Virus record (IMG/VR): IMGVR_UViG_2537561710_000018
DNA from: a virus
Taxonomy: Duplodnaviria > Heunggongvirae > Uroviricota > Caudoviricetes
Length of the DNA: 8,074 nt
Strand: one strand, 5' to 3'
The position numbers and the translations under genes are program-made. The stretch's first letter is position 1; each line of letters opens with the position of its first letter. The notes beneath the pieces are model-generated. The model was not told the DNA's origin. It saw nothing but the letters and a program-made list of their open reading frames with translations, and ran no database searches. This document shows positions 1 to 6,795 of the stretch, one piece after another.

Positions 1-19
1 AATTGAAGCAGTTTTTACG

Positions 20-574
20 TCAAAAAGCAATAACTTTTTTCTCTATACCAAAAGCCATAACCATTGGTTTGTACAAAATAAATTCTGCCACCTTTAGCCA
101 ATGCTCAATGCGTCTTTCACAGGTTCTTAAACTCCATTCCGGATGTGCATCATTCAGCAGTTCAGCCATTTTGCGCTTAGTCATCCCCCGCCCCACATAA
201 CGCTGACTCAGAACATTGAGCAGCCCGGGATAACCTGCCAGTACTTCACCAATAACCCTGTCGATTATTAACGCCTCTGAATCGGTACAATGCACCAGCC
301 AGCTTTTTTGCTTGCCGTTGATCATATCCCGCAAAAAAGCCTCAAGTTTAGGTTTGTCCAGACCTGCTTTTTTCATCCTCCGGAGCGCCTCGTTAATTGC
401 CGTTTTTGTCAGCTTTTTAGAGGTCAGCAACTGGTTGAACATATTTCCCGTCTTACCGCCGCCAATATACGACCAGCGCCCCCACATACGTAGTTTCCCC
501 TGAATCCAGACACTTTCCAGCGTGGTGAGACGAAGGTGCTCTCCGCTTTTTCCTGTGTTCGTTGGGTAAATCAT
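20..574 (-). CDS. Putative late-gene antitermination protein Q (QuuD/PF06530-like), 184 aa; start taken at the internal ATG 572-574 that overlaps the upstream stop (ATGA) rather than the ORF-track start at 694
   Basis: Last gene of a ybcN-like/ybcO-like/Q-like minus-strand string, as in DLP12. Recalled QuuD-like motifs are present: LRMWGRWS (cf. LERWGAWA), LLTSK (cf. LITSK), DSEALII (cf. DDDAMII), YVGRGMT (cf. YVVGMTF). Comparison is from memory, not alignment. Confidence 0.6.
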   Translation of the reverse strand: MIYPTNTGKSGEHLRLTTLESVWIQGKLRMWGRWSYIGGGKTGNMFNQLLTSKKLTKTAINEALRRMKKAGLDKPKLEAFLRDMINGKQKSWLVHCTDSEALIIDRVIGEVLAGYPGLLNVLSQRYVGRGMTKRKMAELLNDAHPEWSLRTCERRIEHWLKVAEFILYKPMVMAFGIEKKVIAF

Positions 575-861
575 AAATAACCGTCCTTTCTCCAGATCTC
601 TTGTGTGCGAAAAACACCTTCTGCATGCATCAGGCGCAATTCTTCTTTGGTGTAATCGCTGGTTTTTACTCTCCCGTCGATTAAATCGTGGCATGAGTTA
701 CAGGCAATCGCTGCCTGCATATCGTGTGGCTTTATCGCTGTTCCGCACGTTCCCGCCAGCCTGTAATGCGCCAGCACAGAGGTTTCGGGATTGTGATTGC
801 AGTAGCCAGGGATTCTGATCTGGCATATCTGGCCTTTAGCCGCTTTACGTAAATTCACCAT
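571..861 (-). CDS. YbcO-like DUF1364 prophage protein (putative Cys/His metal-binding nuclease), 96 aa
   Basis: 96-aa ORF with Cys/His-rich sequence (CNHNPE, CGTAIKPHD, CNSCHD) recalled as matching E. coli DLP12 YbcO. Start ATG overlaps the upstream stop (TAATG at 859-863); stop overlaps the downstream start (ATGA). Confidence 0.6.
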   Translation of the reverse strand: MVNLRKAAKGQICQIRIPGYCNHNPETSVLAHYRLAGTCGTAIKPHDMQAAIACNSCHDLIDGRVKTSDYTKEELRLMHAEGVFRTQEIWRKDGYL

Positions 862-1460
862 TACGCAAACTCCAGTAGTTGTGCGGCCACATTTTCAACT
901 TCCTCCTGAGAGGAGAATTTACGGAACAGAATCCAGTTCCACAGCACATTCAGTACAGATTTATAAACCTGCTGAAACTCGACTTCGTCCATATTCGCAA
1001 AAGCGATGGATTTTGCCCGACGCCCACGGCTACCGTCCGGATAAATATGCTCGGTGTAAAATCCGGCCTGAATGGTTACCCACTCGCGGAAAGCCTCAAA
1101 CGACTTTAGCAACGCCGTATCCCGGGTTCTACGAGTCGCAACGGTGTTAAGGTATTGCTCTGCGGCATCACTCAGGGCTGGCGTGTGTTCCCGACCAACT
1201 GATTCGCACAGGTAATCAACGAAACCAGACAGCAGTTCTCGTTCGCGAGGCGTGATCGCCCCACCGACCGGAGTCCAGTAATCGAATCCCAGTTGCAGGA
1301 GTTTGAAAAAACGCTTGTGGAATGCGTAGTTACGCACACGCTTAAAATCTGCGTGTATCCACTCACCTATTTTGATTTGATGCAGAAAATCGCAACTCTC
1401 CGGCGTCGCCGGGAGAAGTAAACCAGAAGAAGTTTGTTTGACCAGTTGTATATGCGCCAT
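861..1460 (-). CDS. YbcN-like DUF1367 prophage protein, 199 aa
   Basis: Long ORF with E. coli-like composition, translationally coupled to the YbcO-like gene; N-terminus MAHIQLVKQ and gene order match the lambdoid nin region. Family assignment from memory. Confidence 0.5.
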   Translation of the reverse strand: MAHIQLVKQTSSGLLLPATPESCDFLHQIKIGEWIHADFKRVRNYAFHKRFFKLLQLGFDYWTPVGGAITPRERELLSGFVDYLCESVGREHTPALSDAAEQYLNTVATRRTRDTALLKSFEAFREWVTIQAGFYTEHIYPDGSRGRRAKSIAFANMDEVEFQQVYKSVLNVLWNWILFRKFSSQEEVENVAAQLLEFA

Positions 1461-1879
1461 TTCTCAATCTCTCGATGGCGCAGTGCAGCAGATGCCAGTT
1501 GTTCAAGCTAGCACGCAAATTGTAAACCAGAATGCCAGGAAAAAACAAAACCCGCCGAAGCTGGTTGTGTGCGGTTGCGTTGAAGTCTCCTAGCCAAAGA
1601 GTAGCGGTGACCACTCCCCGCCGATAATCTTAGTTGTTTAATTTCGTAAGCTAACTAGGCTAAAAGCTCTCTGTTGTCTGCCTGTTGTACAATTAACAAA
1701 ATGAACAACGAACTAGATATACCAACGCCAGAATGGTGCAACAAATCCCAAACAACACAGCAATGCAACAATAACATATGTTATTTTCCTCTCACGGGAT
1801 TCAGTCCTGAATTCTCATAAAGCTAATCTTTTTTTAAAAACATACTGTTAGATCACATGCACTTTCTTTCTTAACATCG

Positions 1880-1907
1880 TTGACTTCGCATGCGAAGCGT
1901 TTAAAAT
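1880..1907 (+). promoter_or_regulatory. Candidate sigma70 promoter of the GHKL operon with a palindromic operator-like site
   Basis: TTGACT (1880-1885), 16-nt spacer, TAAAAT (1902-1907), about 50 nt upstream of the ATG at 1960. Perfect 14-bp palindrome CTTCGCATGCGAAG (1884-1897) lies in the spacer. GAGAG Shine-Dalgarno-like element at 1950-1954. Confidence 0.4.
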
Positions 1908-1959
1908 CAACAATTTGCACTTAAGGTATTTATTTTCCCAAACACATAGAGAGTAAATT

Positions 1960-3351
1960 ATGACTGAGAACACGACTCCAACAGCAGACTTTAGTCCTAG
2001 TAAAAGATTTTTTGTAAGTATGCTAACTCGAGATATCGACTTAAACGATGCCATACTTGATCTGCTTGATAACTGCGTCGATGGGGCTTTACGTACAATA
2101 AAAGACACAAAAAAAACTTCAAAACCATATGAAGGATTTTATGCGAAACTTACGATTAATAAAGATGTCTTTATTATAGAAGACAATTGCGGAGGTATCC
2201 CTAAAAGCTTCCGAGAATATGCTTTTAAAATGGGACGACCCCATCAAAAAGAAGAAGAAAATGAAGGCACCGTTGGCGTCTATGGTATTGGTATGAAAAG
2301 AGCCATTTTTAAAATGGGTAGAGATTGCTCAATACAATCGAATAATCCCGATGGCGCATTCACTGTAGATATAACACCTGATTGGATCGATGGTGATGGT
2401 TGGAAAATACCGATGCACGAGAGTGACTATGATAACAAAAATCCAACAGGCACAACTATAGAGATAAAAAAACTCCATTCTAATGTGGCACAAAAATTTA
2501 ATGAGAGCACATATCTTACTGATCTCTTTTTACAGATAAAACACTCATTGTCATTTATTATTCAAAAAGGATTTAAAATAGAATTAAATGGAGTTGTTGT
2601 TGAACATAATCCGATTAACATCATAACTGATCATTCTAAAATAGAACCATACATATATAAAGCTAAAATAGACGATGTTGATATCGATTTAGTTGTTGGC
2701 TTCTATAAAAATTTAGAAGATGACAATGATGATGTTTTAGAAAAAAGGAGTTCTGATGATGCTGGATGGACTGTCATTTGCAATGACCGCGTTGTTCTAT
2801 ATTGTGATAAGACACATCTCACAGGTTGGGGCTTTGCTAATGTACCAAGGTTTCATACCCAATTTATAGCAATTTCTGGGGTTGTTCGCTTTACCAGTAA
2901 AAACCCAGAAAAATTACCAATAACAACAACGAAACGAGGTGTCGATCTTAGTTCTACATTGTACAATGATGTACGAAATAAAATGATTGAAGGGATGATG
3001 CATTTTATTCGATTCACCAATCAGTGGAAAGGTGAGCATCTTGAAGAAGGGAAAAAATTACTTAAGTCAGCTCAGTCACATGAAGCTCAATCTTTATTTG
3101 AAATTACCCCACAATCAACTCCAGAAGATAAAAAAAATAACTGGTCCAACCCTAATAGAAACAAAAATGAGTGGCGATATACACCTAAGCTGCCTACCCC
3201 AGTAAAAAAAAGCTCTACTGTACGAATAATCTTCACCAGAGAGAAAGAAGATGTTAAAATTTTATCTAAATATTTCTTTGGACATGAAGATGCTAGCGCT
3301 TCTGATGTGGGGATGCAATGCTTTGATACGGTGATTGAAGAGGTGAAGTGA
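1960..3351 (+). CDS. GHKL-superfamily ATPase, MORC/Hsp90/MutL-like (Bergerat fold), 463 aa
   Basis: N-box DLLDNCVDG (2059-2085) matches ExxxNxxDA/G. G1 box EDNCGG (2179-2196) matches DxGxG. G2 box GVYGIGMK (2275-2298) matches GxxGxG. All in the canonical order and spacing within the first 115 residues. Confidence 0.8.
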   Translation: MTENTTPTADFSPSKRFFVSMLTRDIDLNDAILDLLDNCVDGALRTIKDTKKTSKPYEGFYAKLTINKDVFIIEDNCGGIPKSFREYAFKMGRPHQKEEENEGTVGVYGIGMKRAIFKMGRDCSIQSNNPDGAFTVDITPDWIDGDGWKIPMHESDYDNKNPTGTTIEIKKLHSNVAQKFNESTYLTDLFLQIKHSLSFIIQKGFKIELNGVVVEHNPINIITDHSKIEPYIYKAKIDDVDIDLVVGFYKNLEDDNDDVLEKRSSDDAGWTVICNDRVVLYCDKTHLTGWGFANVPRFHTQFIAISGVVRFTSKNPEKLPITTTKRGVDLSSTLYNDVRNKMIEGMMHFIRFTNQWKGEHLEEGKKLLKSAQSHEAQSLFEITPQSTPEDKKNNWSNPNRNKNEWRYTPKLPTPVKKSSTVRIIFTREKEDVKILSKYFFGHEDASASDVGMQCFDTVIEEVK

Positions 3352-4340
3352 TGTCTGGACAATACATTCCCTATCACTTAAGGCATAATAAGTCTATTGA
3401 TAGAGAGATTTTTCTCGAAAGCCTAAACCTCTTAAGCAAAAGACTAAATATTCAAGAATATACATATATAGGTTTTGGTGGTCCGATGCTTGAAGATTTT
3501 AGAATCATGCATAATCGTATCGCTCTTTCTGATATGATTTCTCTCGAAGAACAAGAGTCTACTCACATCAGACAAAAATATAATTTGCCTTATAATTGTA
3601 TTGATTGTAAGCTAATATCAGCTCATGACTTTATTCTTGATTATAGTTTTTCTAAACCATCAATAACATGGTTAGACTATGCCTCCCCGAAAAAAATACA
3701 AACGGATCTAGATGATATACACTTACTAAGTACTAAAGTAAGCTCTTTTGATATTTTGAAGGTCACCTTCCCCATAAATCCTAGTTCTTATTACCAACGT
3801 AGAGTTGGAGAAAGTTTAGATATTTTTAAAGAAGCTTTTATTAATTCATTAAAATCATTGCTTGGGAAAAAGTATCTTGATTTTAATCTTCAGATATCAA
3901 ATGCAGATCTTTCAGATCGTAAGATTAAAGCTCTTTTAATACGAATTATTACAAACGCTTTTAGATCAGCAATAGAACGTGGTCTTTCAGGACGTAAGGA
4001 TAAGATTCAGTATTACCCATTATCCTTAAATCAATATAATGATGGCAGTCATACCATGTTGACAATATCAGGTTTTTTCTCCTCAGAACAAGAATATATA
4101 GAGTTATCTAAGGCATGCGACCTTTCTAACTGGCAATTTTATTCAACAAATTGGGAAGACGTGCAAGAAATAGCAATACCAACACTAACAATTAAAGAAA
4201 AGATAAATTTAGATAGTAAACTGCCTGATAAAGAAGCATATCAGGCAGCCGCTGAAGAGTTCTCTTTAAACGAAAATGAACGGGATAACTATTATAAATA
4301 CTATAGGTTATACCCTAACTTCCAAAGAATTATGGTTTAA
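3351..4340 (+). CDS. Uncharacterised partner protein of the GHKL ATPase, 329 aa (candidate effector or specificity subunit)
   Basis: ATG at 3351 overlaps the upstream TGA (TGATG) with GAGGTG 6 nt upstream, indicating translational coupling. Same AT-rich codon usage as the ATPase gene. No nuclease or methyltransferase motif recognised; a glycine-rich IGFGGP segment lies near the N-terminus. Confidence 0.7.
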   Translation: MSGQYIPYHLRHNKSIDREIFLESLNLLSKRLNIQEYTYIGFGGPMLEDFRIMHNRIALSDMISLEEQESTHIRQKYNLPYNCIDCKLISAHDFILDYSFSKPSITWLDYASPKKIQTDLDDIHLLSTKVSSFDILKVTFPINPSSYYQRRVGESLDIFKEAFINSLKSLLGKKYLDFNLQISNADLSDRKIKALLIRIITNAFRSAIERGLSGRKDKIQYYPLSLNQYNDGSHTMLTISGFFSSEQEYIELSKACDLSNWQFYSTNWEDVQEIAIPTLTIKEKINLDSKLPDKEAYQAAAEEFSLNENERDNYYKYYRLYPNFQRIMV

Positions 4341-5459
4341 ATATTCGGGCTGTACTCTTTTATTTAATAAATTGTACAGCCCCTTTAATATATATTCAGC
4401 AACTATTGGTGACACGCTATTTCCTATTTGTCTGAAACTATGCCATTTAGTTACATGAAAGCGAAACCAATCAGGGAAGCCTTGTAATCTAGCAGCTTCT
4501 CTTGGTGTAATCACTCTTGGATGATAAGGGTGGATCGGCCTGACGGCTTGAAAGCTTCCTTTATCTCTAGCGGTTCCCGCCCTTAAAGTCGGGCAAAAAC
4601 CATTTGGATCTAATCTTGTAGATCTTGAAATTTTATCAGTTTCCCCAAAAGATAAGGAAGCATAACGCTCTTGGACGATTTTGCTATGTAATGTTCCGGT
4701 ACATCCAGATATGATATTATTTTTTAACTTAGCGATCGATTCTGTATCACCAACATTCCGAGGGATCTGCCCCCATAATTTTTCATAAAATCCCCCTTTT
4801 CGATCTTTTTTAATTGTTCGCCAACTCTCAGAGTCTGATTGCCAATTGGCATCGATAATATCTGGTAATCCATACAAAGCATCTTTTACAGTAACCGGAT
4901 CAATCATTTTAGGCATAAATACTTCATCTGAAATATCAAGCTTCAATGATTTTTTTACACCGATAAAAAAATATCTAGTTCGAATAGTTGGAGCACCATA
5001 ATCAGATGCTTTTACCTTGATGGGATCAAGAATATCATAATCACCGCTAACCAAATTAAATGCTTTATTTCTAATGCCAGAATATTTCTCTTGCATAATA
5101 CCTGGAACATTTTCTGCCAAAAAGAATAATGGCTGTAATTCTGATACTAAACGGTAGAAATGCATGTAAAGCTGATTCCTGCTATCATCAGGATTCCCCT
5201 TGCCTATTGAACTAAATCCTTGGCACGGAGGACCGCCAATAATACCATCTATGGGCATATCGTTTTTAAAAAAACCCTTAATTATTTCTGCATTTAGTAA
5301 AGAAACATCTTCTTGGACGTGCAAACTTCTTGGAAAATTAATTGCGTGAGTATTAATAGCATGTTGATCAATTTCAACTGCCATTTTAACATCAAATCCA
5401 GCACGTGCAGCACCAAGACTTAGACCTCCAACGCCAGAAAACAAATCTATTACATTCAT
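4308..5459 (-). CDS. DNA (cytosine-5)-methyltransferase, 383 aa
   Basis: Motif I DLFSGVGG (5424-5447), motif IV GGPPCQGF with catalytic Cys (PPCQ at 5220-5231), motif VI ENV (5106-5114), a variable TRD-like region, motif IX RVITPREAARLQGFPDWF and motif X GNSV, all in canonical C5-MTase order. Confidence 0.9.
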   Translation of the reverse strand: MNVIDLFSGVGGLSLGAARAGFDVKMAVEIDQHAINTHAINFPRSLHVQEDVSLLNAEIIKGFFKNDMPIDGIIGGPPCQGFSSIGKGNPDDSRNQLYMHFYRLVSELQPLFFLAENVPGIMQEKYSGIRNKAFNLVSGDYDILDPIKVKASDYGAPTIRTRYFFIGVKKSLKLDISDEVFMPKMIDPVTVKDALYGLPDIIDANWQSDSESWRTIKKDRKGGFYEKLWGQIPRNVGDTESIAKLKNNIISGCTGTLHSKIVQERYASLSFGETDKISRSTRLDPNGFCPTLRAGTARDKGSFQAVRPIHPYHPRVITPREAARLQGFPDWFRFHVTKWHSFRQIGNSVSPIVAEYILKGLYNLLNKRVQPEYLNHNSLEVRV

Positions 5460-5483
5460 ATAGTTGCAACGTCTCTTATTAGT

Positions 5484-5500
5484 TTCTATGTATTATAACA
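5484..5500 (-). promoter_or_regulatory. Candidate extended -10 promoter of the methyltransferase gene
   Basis: Minus strand reads TGTTATAAT (TGnTATAAT; hexamer at 5492-5497, TG at 5499-5500), about 30 nt upstream of the ATG at 5459. The -35 is weak (TAAAAC/TTAAAA). Confidence 0.4.
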
Positions 5501-5721
5501 CAACTGTTCTTGATGTTTTAACCCCATAAGATAACCTCATAAAGGCTATCCCTTGAAAATACCGGATCGCATAAATTTAATCTTTCAAAACTACTTGTCT
5601 ATTAATCGAGCAATTTAAGGTTGTTTTAGTCATGTCGATACCGACATAGTTAACTAAACCCATTTCATCGTCCAACAAATGGGGGTAATACACTTTGATT
5701 TATAGTCGGGTGGGTTTTTCT

Positions 5722-5757
5722 CTATCTGCCTTTGGTGTTCATGCCCAAGGCAGATAG
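5722..5757. repeat. Perfect 11-bp inverted repeat (CTATCTGCCTT, 14-nt spacer, AAGGCAGATAG)
   Basis: Arms at 5722-5732 and 5747-5757 are exact reverse complements. Located in the non-coding region at the right-hand composition transition of the island. No adjacent U-run on either strand, so not a classical intrinsic terminator. Confidence 0.5.
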
Positions 5758-5890
5758 CCTCAAGCACCCGCAGCAATTCTACTTAACTATCCTTTTCCCG
5801 CAAACCGTTTTTATCCCCAGCGGCAAATCGAATACACCACCAGCGCCACCGCCATCGCAATTCCTACCGTTGTGAATGCTTCAGGCCAGG

Positions 5891-6448
5891 TCATTGATTC
5901 ACCTCCTGCGGCGGTTCTGGTAGCGACATCCAGTGGGTTGCTTGCCTAAGATCATTACCCGGACTAACTGCTATACCTCCGCGCCGGAACGTGCCTCCGA
6001 GATAGCGTGCGGAATATATTAATGGCCCAGCCTCGCTATCGATATTCATCGAAATAAGCACGTTCTGGCTCTTTTCAGGCATTCGCTCAGTACAGCTTAT
6101 CCAGCCATCCAGAGTTATCGGAGATCTGGTTGACGTTTCCGAGATTTCCCGAAAATTGTTGGTTGACGAATTCTTATTTTCCCGAAAGTTTCCGGCCTGA
6201 AGCATGGCGACGCGGCAGGCGTTCCAGCCATCAGCATATGTTTTAGTTACACCGTCGAGATGGCAGGTAAGCAAATCCATTTCATCAGGCACTACCATTG
6301 CTATCGGCTCTGCTTCCAGTGATGCCAGCGCGATACGAAACACATTAGCCAGCAGGCTGTCTGAAGACTTGTTATCGTGCGCCGAGTCGCTCAGGAAGCC
6401 TGTGATGTATGATTTAATCTCCGCGCGTTCTCTGGTAATAGTGCTCAT
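5891..6448 (-). CDS. DUF551-like prophage protein, 185 aa
   Basis: C-terminal ATHWMSLPEPP resembles the conserved THWMPLPEPP tail recalled for DUF551 prophage proteins. E. coli-like composition; tightly packed with the upstream gene (2-nt gap). Confidence 0.55.
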   Translation of the reverse strand: MSTITRERAEIKSYITGFLSDSAHDNKSSDSLLANVFRIALASLEAEPIAMVVPDEMDLLTCHLDGVTKTYADGWNACRVAMLQAGNFRENKNSSTNNFREISETSTRSPITLDGWISCTERMPEKSQNVLISMNIDSEAGPLIYSARYLGGTFRRGGIAVSPGNDLRQATHWMSLPEPPQEVNQ

Positions 6449-6449
6449 A

Positions 6450-6668
6450 TCAGTTTTCCTTATACGGATTAATTTTATTGTGCAGTGCGCTGAATGATTC
6501 CCATGTCACATCGGTATATAGCTCAATAACTGGTTCAAATGTCCTTCCAATTATCCAGACCAGTAATAGCGGGGATATCGGTATCATCAACACTATAAAC
6601 AGAATGAAAAACAGAAACTCTGTTGTTCTGCTCTTTCGTGGGTAATTTTTTTCTAAATAATGTTTCAT
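6450..6668 (-). CDS. Small hydrophobic (predicted membrane) prophage protein, 72 aa
   Basis: ORF contains a long hydrophobic stretch (FLFFILFIVLMIPISPLLLVWIIG) consistent with a transmembrane helix; stop is 2 nt from the downstream gene start. Function unknown. Confidence 0.4.
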   Translation of the reverse strand: MKHYLEKNYPRKSRTTEFLFFILFIVLMIPISPLLLVWIIGRTFEPVIELYTDVTWESFSALHNKINPYKEN

Positions 6669-6674
6669 TTCTTA

Positions 6675-6690
6675 CCGCCCTTTCGGGCGG
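6675..6690. repeat. GC-rich hairpin (CCGCCC-TTTC-GGGCGG) just upstream of the small membrane protein start codon
   Basis: 6-bp GC stem with 4-nt loop; on the minus strand it ends 6 nt before the ATG at 6668-6666. No U-run follows on either strand. Confidence 0.4.
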
Positions 6691-6795
6691 CCTCCTGATG
6701 TTCTGAGGGTGCAGGAATCCCTCCGGTTAAGGATTTAATAAAAATCGTTTCTGATTTAAATCTTCAGTATTTAGTTGTTAGTTGGTTTATCGCCT

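Larger units (their letters stand above)
1621..5700. other. AT-rich cargo island (moron-like insert) in the prophage nin region, carrying a GHKL ATPase, a partner protein and a C5-MTase
   Basis: Visibly AT-rich sequence and codon usage (many AAA/AAT/ATA/TTA codons) across about 1625-5690, against roughly balanced GC in the flanking phage genes. Boundaries are approximate, set where composition changes; no flanking direct repeats were found. Confidence 0.6.

Noticed and set aside
3-503. Plus-strand ORFs 3-200, 290-493 and 312-503
   Set aside because: They lie antisense within the Q-like gene, have no ribosome-binding sites, and give low-complexity, non-protein-like translations; treated as shadow ORFs.
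603-1366. ORFs 603-818 (+), 879-1109 (+), 881-1150 (+) and 1172-1366 (-)
   Set aside because: All overlap the better-supported ybcO-like or ybcN-like genes in other frames or strands, with no independent start signals.
1363-1614. 83-aa minus-strand ORF upstream of the ybcN-like gene
   Set aside because: Overlaps the ybcN-like N-terminus by about 100 nt, has an implausible composition, and nothing supports a start site.
1701-1820. 39-aa ORF (MNNELDIPTPEWCNKSQTTQQCNNNICYF...) with three Cys in the island leader
   Set aside because: No Shine-Dalgarno element, and it sits in CA-rich low-complexity sequence just upstream of the ATPase promoter. It could be a small peptide but there is no support beyond an open frame.
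1848-2108. 86-aa minus-strand ORF overlapping the ATPase start and promoter
   Set aside because: Antisense to a well-supported gene and promoter; hydrophobic, low-complexity translation.
3087-3377. 96-aa minus-strand ORF inside the ATPase 3' end
   Set aside because: Antisense shadow ORF within a gene with strong motif support.
4276-4458. 60-aa plus-strand ORF inside the MTase 3' region
   Set aside because: Antisense to the methyltransferase; no start signal.
5631-5683. Short hairpins ATGTCG-ATAC-CGACAT (5632-5647) and CCCATTT...AAATGGG (5660-5683) as possible terminators
   Set aside because: Short stems with no adjacent U-run on either strand; not convincing intrinsic terminators and could occur by chance in AT-rich DNA.
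1621-5700. Island as an IS element, transposon or integrative element
   Set aside because: No transposase or integrase ORF, no terminal inverted repeats and no flanking direct repeats could be found; better described as phage cargo of unknown acquisition mechanism.
6204-6497. 97-aa plus-strand ORF antisense to the DUF551-like gene
   Set aside because: Overlaps two tightly packed minus-strand genes; likely a shadow ORF.
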